This document shows positions 57,836 to 64,000 of a DNA stretch of 64,000 nucleotides, one piece after another. The position numbers and the translations under genes are program-made. This DNA comes from Actinomycetes bacterium (GTDB taxonomy: Bacteria > Actinomycetota > Actinomycetes > JAHEKZ01): positions 36,177 to 100,176 of the forward strand of contig JAHEKZ010000002.1 of assembly GCA_024644435.1 (NCBI GenBank), written 5' to 3'. Position 1 is the stretch's first letter; each line of letters begins with the position of its first letter. The notes under the pieces are model-generated. The model had not been told where the DNA came from, did no database searches, and worked only from the letters and a program-made list of their open reading frames with translations.

Positions 57836-58314
57836 GTGGGACGGGCGCGCCGACACTGACGAGCGATGGATCCGGCCTCCGGGTCGGTGTTGTCGCATCC
57901 TCGTGGCACACCGAGGTCATGGATGGTCTGGTCGCCGGGGCGCGGCGTGCACTGGCCGCGTCTGGCGTCACCGACGTCGAGCTGCTGACCGTGCCGGGAG
58001 CGTTCGAGCTGCCCCTGGGAGCCGCGCACCTGCTGAGACGGTCGGACGCGGTGGTCGCCCTCGGCGTCGTGATCCGCGGTGGGACGCCGCACTTCGAGTA
58101 CGTCTGCCGCGCGGCTACCGACGGCCTGATGAGGGCCAGTCTGGATGCCGACCGACCGGTCGGATTCGGCCTGCTGACATGCGATGACGAGCAGCAGGCG
58201 TTGGACCGGGCCGGCCTTCCGGGCTCGCACGAGGACAAGGGGGCGGAGGCCGCAGAGGCGGCTGTGGCCCTGGCCGTTGCGCTTCGGTCAACTCGACACG
58301 GGACCACCAGCTGA
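57832..58314 (+). CDS. ribH: 6,7-dimethyl-8-ribityllumazine synthase
   Basis: 160-aa lumazine synthase fold. Confidence 0.9.
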   Translation: MSGTGAPTLTSDGSGLRVGVVASSWHTEVMDGLVAGARRALAASGVTDVELLTVPGAFELPLGAAHLLRRSDAVVALGVVIRGGTPHFEYVCRAATDGLMRASLDADRPVGFGLLTCDDEQQALDRAGLPGSHEDKGAEAAEAAVALAVALRSTRHGTTS

Positions 58315-58363
58315 CACTGAGGCGCAGGAAGAGCGATGAGACCCGCCGTGGTCAGAGGCGCCC

Positions 58364-58648
58364 ATGGCTCACTACCCTTTGCCCATGAAGAGCTTTGACG
58401 ACCTGTTCAACGAGCTCCAAGGACGAAGCCTCCTCCGTCCCGAGGGATCGGGCACCGTCCGCCTGCTCGACTCCGGTGTACACGAGATCGGCAAGAAGCT
58501 GGTGGAAGAGGCCGCTGAGGCCTGGATGGCCGCAGAGCACGAGGGAACTGATCGGGCGGCCGAGGAGCTTGCTCAGCTGCTGTACCACGCCCAGGTCATG
58601 ATGATCGCGTGCGACCTGTCTCTTGAGGATGTCTACCGCAGGCTCTAG
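58364..58648 (+). CDS. hisE: phosphoribosyl-ATP pyrophosphatase
   Basis: 94-aa MazG-like protein (LFNELQ...KLVEEAAE). Confidence 0.85.
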   Translation: MAHYPLPMKSFDDLFNELQGRSLLRPEGSGTVRLLDSGVHEIGKKLVEEAAEAWMAAEHEGTDRAAEELAQLLYHAQVMMIACDLSLEDVYRRL

Positions 58649-58709
58649 CCCACCTGACGCCGCACCACGCTCACGCAACAACAGCTCACGAACGCCCGGA
58701 AGGAACGTC

Positions 58710-59570
58710 ATGCTCCGCGTTGCCGTCCCGAACAAGGGATCGCTGGCCGACCCCGCCTCGCACATGCTGCGGGAGGCGGGCTACCGACAACGCACGCAGG
58801 ACCGAGAACTGGTCCTTCATGATCCTGAGAACGACACAGAGTTCTTCTTCCTGCGCCCGCGTGACATCGCCACGTATGTCGGATCGGGGCAGCTCGATGT
58901 CGGCATCACCGGACGCGACCTGCTCCTCGACAGTCGAGCAGAAGCCCACGAGCTCATGCCGCTGGGCTTCGGCACGTCGACCTTTCGGTTTGCGGCCTTG
59001 CCAGGCACGGCGGCTTCGACGACCGACATCGCCGGCCTCCGGGTGGCCACGTCCTACGCAGGGTTGGTGGATCGGTACCTCAGCGAGCGAGGCGTCGCAG
59101 CGTCCGTCATCCGACTCGACGGCGCGGTCGAGACGTCCGTACGCCTCGGCGTCGCCGACGTCATCGCTGATGTGGTGGAGACCGGATCGACGCTGCGCCA
59201 AGCCGGCCTGGAGGTCTTCGGCGAGCCGATCCTGCACAGTGAGGCCGTGCTTATCCGTGGTGACGGCGCCTCCGCCTCCGATCCTGCGGTCGAGGTCGCC
59301 GTCGAGCAGATGCAGCGTCGACTCAACGGGGTCATGGTGGCCGCCACCTACGTGATCGTCGACTACGACGTGCCGTCGACGTTGGTCGAGCAGGCGTGCG
59401 AGCTCACCCCGGGTATCGAGTCACCGACCATCTCGCCCCTGCACGACCTGGCCTGGGTCGCCGTACGCGCACTCGTGCCTCGGCCCGACACGAACCGGGT
59501 CATGGATGAGCTCTACGAGCTCGGAGCCCGGGGGATCCTGGTCACCGACATCCACGCGTGCCGGCTGTGA
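58710..59570 (+). CDS. hisG: ATP phosphoribosyltransferase (long form)
   Basis: ATG 58710 after GGAAGGA. MLRVAVPNKGSL..., C-terminal regulatory domain. Confidence 0.9.
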   Translation: MLRVAVPNKGSLADPASHMLREAGYRQRTQDRELVLHDPENDTEFFFLRPRDIATYVGSGQLDVGITGRDLLLDSRAEAHELMPLGFGTSTFRFAALPGTAASTTDIAGLRVATSYAGLVDRYLSERGVAASVIRLDGAVETSVRLGVADVIADVVETGSTLRQAGLEVFGEPILHSEAVLIRGDGASASDPAVEVAVEQMQRRLNGVMVAATYVIVDYDVPSTLVEQACELTPGIESPTISPLHDLAWVAVRALVPRPDTNRVMDELYELGARGILVTDIHACRL

Positions 59571-60334
59571 CAGAGCGCTCGTCCGAGCCGCGCTTCTCCG
59601 GAGTCCCTGTGCCGGCTCCACCGATCCCGGACGACGATGGGTCGGCGTCGGCTGGGCTGGTCACCCAGCTCGCTGCGCTGGCTTCCGGTACCGGTTCGGG
59701 CGAGGCGGTCCTCGCGGCCCTCGCCGAGGCACGACTGCTGGTGCCCGTCGTGGCTGTCATCGACGAGGCCGTGATCGATGAGGCAGGTCTCGCACATGAG
59801 AAGCAGTCGACAATGGCGACGGTACTGGTGTCCGACGAAGAGGGTGGGCGGGCACTCGTGGCGTTCAGCGCCACCTCGGCGATGGCCCTCTGGCGTTCGG
59901 ATGCACGGCCAGTTCCGTTGGCTGCACCGCTGGCTGCCAGGGCGGCGCTCAACGAGGCCGCGGACACCCTGTTGGTCGATGTCGCTGGTCCCGCACCGTT
60001 TGCGATCGCTGGCGACGAGCTGCTGCTGCTTGCTGCGATGGCGCGACACCCCTCCGGTGTCTGTGAGGATCCCGTCGTCATCCAGGCACTCCGTCGCCAC
60101 CTCGCCCGGGTGCCCCAGGTGCGTGGCGCCGGACTGCAGCCGGCCGACCCTGGTTCATCCCTGGCAGCGGTCCTCACGCTGTCGGTCCGTGGCGACGACG
60201 ACGCCTGGCTCGAGCCGTTGGTGGCCAAGCTGGCCGCTGATCGGGCACTGGCCCAGCTGGTGCCGGGCGGATTGCGGGTGAGGATCGGGACGGAACTGCC
60301 TGACACGCCGAACGTGTTGCCCATCACGGGCTGA
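59558..60334 (+). CDS. SseB-family protein
   Basis: 258 aa following hisG, as is common in actinobacteria. Start is GTG 59558 or GTG 59567 (GTGA overlap). Confidence 0.55.
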   Translation: MPAVTERSSEPRFSGVPVPAPPIPDDDGSASAGLVTQLAALASGTGSGEAVLAALAEARLLVPVVAVIDEAVIDEAGLAHEKQSTMATVLVSDEEGGRALVAFSATSAMALWRSDARPVPLAAPLAARAALNEAADTLLVDVAGPAPFAIAGDELLLLAAMARHPSGVCEDPVVIQALRRHLARVPQVRGAGLQPADPGSSLAAVLTLSVRGDDDAWLEPLVAKLAADRALAQLVPGGLRVRIGTELPDTPNVLPITG

Positions 60335-60355
60335 GGCCTCTGACACTCTTGCCGC

Positions 60356-61063
60356 ATGACTGATGACCTCACCCGCAAGCTCTTGGCCGAGTTCCTCGGA
60401 ACCTTCGCGCTCGTCCTCCTGGCTGTCGGTACAGCTGTAGTCGGCGGCGCCGTCGGCTTCGGTTTGGTGGCCGTCGCCCTCGCCTTCGGACTCGTCATGG
60501 CGTCGACCGCGTACGCCTTCGGCCCGGTGAGTGGCTGCCACATCAACCCGGCGGTCACTGTCGCCATGATCGTCACCCGGCGGATCGACGCCTTGGTCGG
60601 TGGTCTTTACGTCGTCGTGCAGTTCATCGGTGCAGTGGTCGGTGCCTTTGTGCTCTGGCTGAGCGTTGAGTACTTCGATGTCGTCGACCAGACCGGTGCC
60701 CTGGGATCGAACGGCTACGGAGCTGGCGCGGGCATCAACCTGCAGGGTGCTCTGGTCATCGAGACACTGCTCAGCACCTTCTTCGTCCTCGCCGTTCTGC
60801 TGCTGACCGACAAGGCGGGCAATGCTGCGATGGCTGGGCTCGGGATCGGTGCGGCGCTGGCTGCCGTGCACCTGATCGGTATCGGGCTCACCGGAACATC
60901 GGTCAACCCCGCGCGCTCCTTCGGACCTGCGCTCTTCGCCGGCGGTACCGCCCTCGAGCAGGTCTGGGTCTTCCTGTTGGCGCCGGCCGTCGGTGGGCTC
61001 TTGGCCGCCGTCATCTACCCGCTCACCCGAGCTGCTGAGCCGGCGTCGGAGCCCGCCAGCTGA
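60356..61063 (+). CDS. aqpZ: MIP-family aquaporin/aquaglyceroporin
   Basis: Two NPA motifs (HINPAVT, SVNPARS), 6 TM helices. Confidence 0.9.
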   Translation: MTDDLTRKLLAEFLGTFALVLLAVGTAVVGGAVGFGLVAVALAFGLVMASTAYAFGPVSGCHINPAVTVAMIVTRRIDALVGGLYVVVQFIGAVVGAFVLWLSVEYFDVVDQTGALGSNGYGAGAGINLQGALVIETLLSTFFVLAVLLLTDKAGNAAMAGLGIGAALAAVHLIGIGLTGTSVNPARSFGPALFAGGTALEQVWVFLLAPAVGGLLAAVIYPLTRAAEPASEPAS

Positions 61064-61083
61064 CCCCGTCGAAGGCTGGGCCG

Positions 61084-61488
61084 TCAGGGGTAGACGGGCC
61101 CGGTCATGTCTTCGCCGGGGCCCGCGCCGGGAGCGTCAGGGCTCGGTGATGCCTCGCGGAATGCCAGCTGCAGTGTCTTGAGCGCATCCCGCAGTGGTGC
61201 GGCGTGAAAGGTTCCCAGCCTGGGTGCTCCGGCGGTCACCAGGCCGGCCAACGCGGCGATCAGTGTCCTGGCCTCGTCGAGGTCCACGTCGTCGGACGGG
61301 TCACGGCCCACCGGTGAGTCACTCCCGAGTCCGAGCTTCACAGCAGCAGCGCTCATCAGGTGGAGTGCCACGGTCGTGACCACCTCAACGGCGGGCACAT
61401 CACCGATGTCGCGGAGCGCCTCGGCCGCCTCGTCCGACGCAGCGGCAGGTGGCCCAGGGGTGTCCGAAGTGGGGGATTGGGAGGTCAC
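61084..61488 (-). CDS. DUF1844-like protein
   Basis: 134 aa (RDIGDVPAVEVVTTVALHLMSAAAVKLGLG). Divergent from infC. Confidence 0.5.
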   Translation of the reverse strand: MTSQSPTSDTPGPPAAASDEAAEALRDIGDVPAVEVVTTVALHLMSAAAVKLGLGSDSPVGRDPSDDVDLDEARTLIAALAGLVTAGAPRLGTFHAAPLRDALKTLQLAFREASPSPDAPGAGPGEDMTGPVYP

Positions 61489-61701
61489 CCTGGTAGCCTC
61501 TCATCTTGACCGATCCGGTTCACCGCCGGATCTGCAAGCGGAGGCCCGCCTCCCACCCGCATCGACCGCCACGCTCCCTCCCCGGAGCAGCTTGTCAGGT
61601 CGTCGGGTTCGGTCGGTGCTGGGAGCGCTCTTTGAGCGGTGTCGGCACGGTGGTGTGCGAGCCGGGTGCCTGTTGCCCGGGTAAGTGCATCACGACCGTG
61701 A

Positions 61702-61735
61702 GGGCCCCCGCCGAGCTGGCACGGGGCCCTTTTCT
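61702..61735 (+). terminator. GC-rich hairpin followed by a short T tract in the infC 5' leader (attenuator- or terminator-like)
   Basis: GGGCCCCCGCC-gagct-GGCACGGGGCCC followed by TTTTCT, about 55 nt upstream of the infC start. Confidence 0.35.
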
Positions 61736-61793
61736 CGTGCCTGGGTCACCTGTTGCCCCACCTACTACGTTGCCAGCCGAACAAGGAGTGCCC

Positions 61794-62453
61794 ATCAGCA
61801 CCGAAACCCGCATCAACGACCGGATCCGCGTCCCTGAGGTGCGCCTGGTCGGTCCGAACGGCGAACAGGTCGGAATCGTCCGGATCGAGGATGCCCTGCG
61901 GCTCGCCCAGGAGTCCGACCTCGACCTCGTCGAGGTGGCCCCGATGGCGCGTCCGCCGGTCGCCAAGCTCATGGACTACGGCAAGTTCAAGTATGAGTCG
62001 GCGATGAAGGACCGTGAGGCCCGCAAGAACCAAGCCCACACCATCATCAAAGAGATGAAGCTGCGCCCCAAGATCGACCAGCACGACTACGAGACGAAGA
62101 AGGGCCACGTGGTCCGCTTCCTCAAGGCCGGCGACAAGGTCAAGATCACGATCATGTTCCGCGGTCGCGAGCAGAGCCGACCCGAGCTCGGCTTCCGTTT
62201 GCTCCAGAAGCTGGCCGAGGACGTCGCAGACATTGGCTTCGTCGAGTCGTCGCCAAAGCAGGACGGTCGCAACATGGTGATGGTCCTTGGCCCGACCCGG
62301 CGCAAGGCCGACGTCATGGCGGAGCAACGGACTGAACGCGAGACGCGTAAGCACGATGCCGAAGCTGCCCAGGCAGTTGCTGCCGAGGGGGCCACCGGCC
62401 AGGCGAGCCCCAGCAGCAATGACGTCCCGGTTGAGGCGAGTGACCAGACCTAG
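61794..62453 (+). CDS. infC: translation initiation factor IF-3 (probable non-AUG ATC start)
   Basis: RBS AAGGAG 61783-61788, then ATC 61794 5 nt downstream giving (M)[20 protein letters not shown]..., the typical IF-3 N-terminus. The in-frame GTG 61788 overlaps the RBS. The track ORF beginning at 61506 is over-extended. Confidence 0.8.
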   Translation: MSTETRINDRIRVPEVRLVGPNGEQVGIVRIEDALRLAQESDLDLVEVAPMARPPVAKLMDYGKFKYESAMKDREARKNQAHTIIKEMKLRPKIDQHDYETKKGHVVRFLKAGDKVKITIMFRGREQSRPELGFRLLQKLAEDVADIGFVESSPKQDGRNMVMVLGPTRRKADVMAEQRTERETRKHDAEAAQAVAAEGATGQASPSSNDVPVEASDQT

Positions 62454-62529
62454 ACCACGCGGCCACCTGGCCGACCACCCCTGCGGGTGATCCCCCGAGC
62501 ACCCGCAACGCACCCAGGAGAAGGAAGAC

Positions 62530-62724
62530 ATGCCGAAGAACAAGACGCACAGCGGCACCAAGAAGCGCATCCGGGTCACCGGAAGCGGCAAGCTGATGCG
62601 TCAGCGTGCCAACCGTCGCCACCTCTTGGAGTACAAGTCGAGCCGTCGCACCCGTCGCCTCGCCGGCGACGTCGAGCTGTCCAAGGCCGACACCAAGAAG
62701 GTCAAGAGGCTGCTCGGTCGCTGA
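62530..62724 (+). CDS. rpmI: 50S ribosomal protein L35
   Basis: 64 aa [17 protein letters not shown]... Confidence 0.95.
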   Translation: MPKNKTHSGTKKRIRVTGSGKLMRQRANRRHLLEYKSSRRTRRLAGDVELSKADTKKVKRLLGR

Positions 62725-62779
62725 GCCGTTCGCACCCGAGACATCCACCGACCCCCATTCGAACTGCAGGAGAGAACTC

Positions 62780-63160
62780 ATGGCACGCGTCAAGCGCGCA
62801 GTCAACGCACAGAAGAAGCGTCGTACCACCCTCGCCCGTGCTGAGGGCTATCGCGGACAGCGGTCGCGCCTCTACCGCAAGGCGAAAGAACAGGTCACTC
62901 ACTCACTGGGGTACTCGTACCGCGACCGCAAGGCGCGCAAGGGCGACTTCCGGAGGCTGTGGATCCAGCGCATCAACGCGGCATCGCGCGAGCACGGCCT
63001 GACGTACAACCGCTTTGTGCAGGGCCTGAAGGCAGCCGGACTCGAGGTTGACCGCCGCATGCTCGCGGAGCTGGCCGTCAACGACCCGAACGCGTTTGCG
63101 TCGTTGGTCGAGACAGCGAAAGCCGCTCTGCCAGCAGATCGCAACGCGCCGGCGGCCTGA
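62780..63160 (+). CDS. rplT: 50S ribosomal protein L20
   Basis: ATG 62780 after [22 protein letters not shown]... Confidence 0.95.
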   Translation: MARVKRAVNAQKKRRTTLARAEGYRGQRSRLYRKAKEQVTHSLGYSYRDRKARKGDFRRLWIQRINAASREHGLTYNRFVQGLKAAGLEVDRRMLAELAVNDPNAFASLVETAKAALPADRNAPAA

Positions 63161-63196
63161 CCGGTCACCGGCGTCGACTCTTCGACAGACACTGAC

Positions 63197-64000
63197 GTGG
63201 CGAGCCTCGAGCTCACCGATCCGCGCTCTGCGCGGGTGCGGCGGCTCCGACGGCTCGCCCGTCGTGCTTCTCGGGCCGATGAACGCCGCTTCCTCGTCGA
63301 AGGGGCACAGGCGGTACGTGAAGCGCTCGGCGCCCATCGAGCGGAGACCGCCCACGTCGTCGAGCTCATCGTCTCGGCCAGCGCGGCAGATCGGCAGCCC
63401 GAGCTGATCACGAGTGCTCACGACACTGGCATCCCGATCTGCTGGGCGTCCGATGCGGTCCTCGCAGCCCTGTCTGAGACCGTCACCCCGCAAGGGCTGG
63501 TCGCCGTCGTCGACTTCCTGGATCTCAGCCTGGACTCGGTCGTCGATCGTGGCCCTCGCCTCGTGGCGGTGCTCGCCGATGTGCGCGACCCCGGCAATGC
63601 GGGCTCGGTCCTGCGTGTGGCGGACGCAGCCGGTGCCGATGCGGTGGTCTTCGCCGGCGACTCGATCGACCCGTACAACGGCAAGGCGGTTCGCGCCTCC
63701 GTCGGCAGCCTCTTCCATGTGCCGGTGGTCACCGGAGTATCGATCACCTCTGCGCTCGCGGAGCTGCGCGGGGCCGGTCTGGCTCTGATGGTCACCGACG
63801 CCACCGGCGAGCAGGACCTCTACAGCAGCGAGGCACTCGACCGTCCAGTGGTCTGGGTCTTCGGCAACGAGGCGTGGGGGGTGCCTGGCGAGGTGATCGC
63901 CGAGGCGGATGCGGTGGTGCGGATCCCCATATATGGGAGGGCCGAGAGCCTCAACGTAGCGACGGCTGCGGCCCTGTGTCTGTATGCCAGCGCCCGAGCC
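63197..64000 (+). CDS. TrmH/SpoU-family RNA 2'-O-methyltransferase (TsnR-like), 3'-truncated by window end
   Basis: Not in the ORF track because it has no stop within the window. GTG 63197 is in the same frame as rplT. Own translation gives SpoU motifs (VLADVRDPGNAGSVLR, VFGNEAWG, IPIYGRAESLNVATAAAL). Confidence 0.8.
   Translation, partial: MASLELTDPRSARVRRLRRLARRASRADERRFLVEGAQAVREALGAHRAETAHVVELIVSASAADRQPELITSAHDTGIPICWASDAVLAALSETVTPQGLVAVVDFLDLSLDSVVDRGPRLVAVLADVRDPGNAGSVLRVADAAGADAVVFAGDSIDPYNGKAVRASVGSLFHVPVVTGVSITSALAELRGAGLALMVTDATGEQDLYSSEALDRPVVWVFGNEAWGVPGEVIAEADAVVRIPIYGRAESLNVATAAALCLYASARA

Noticed and set aside
59542-60576. 344-aa minus-strand ORF across the SseB and aqpZ genes
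   Set aside because: Antisense to two plus-strand genes. Low-complexity Ala/Ser/Thr-rich translation.

Overview
High-GC actinobacterial chromosome segment (gene content and order resemble Nocardioides, Streptomyces and Mycobacterium core regions). It is almost entirely densely packed housekeeping operons, nearly all on the + strand, with many 4-bp ATGA/GTGA start-stop overlaps. In order: RluA fragment; DUF222/HNH protein; aldo-keto reductase; dnaE; two uncharacterised envelope proteins; a his operon hisD-hisC-hisB-(small ORF)-hisH-(small ORF)-hisA-(SRPBCC)-hisF; a minus-strand TIGR03085-like gene; hisI fused to a trp operon trpE-(Trp-associated membrane protein)-(four small membrane proteins)-trpC-trpB-trpA; a MauE/DoxX and DsbA pair; lgt; a VIT-family transporter; a second DUF222/HNH gene with a perfect mycobacterial-type SOS box upstream; pyk; a BldD homologue divergent from the pyrimidine operon pyrR-pyrB-pyrC-(membrane)-carA-carB-pyrK-pyrD-pyrF; mihF-gmk-rpoZ-coaBC-metK-priA-def-fmt-rsmB; an inserted block (IMPase-family gene, IclR regulator, ATPase-less ABC importer); rpe; an FMN riboswitch with ribD-ribE-ribBA-ribH; hisE-hisG; SseB; aquaporin; DUF1844; infC (non-AUG start)-rpmI-rplT; and a partial TrmH methyltransferase. 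No tRNA, rRNA, CRISPR or transposase was recognised. The large minus-strand ORFs in the track are mostly antisense artefacts of GC3 bias. The most interesting items are the SOS box next to a DUF222/HNH gene, the MauE/DoxX-DsbA pair coupled to trpA and lgt, the four-gene small-membrane-protein cluster inside the trp operon, BldD-box-like and PyrR-loop-like elements in the bldD-pyrR intergenic region, a PriA with no recognisable Walker A or B motif, and the 5.5-kb insertion with an orphan ABC importer.
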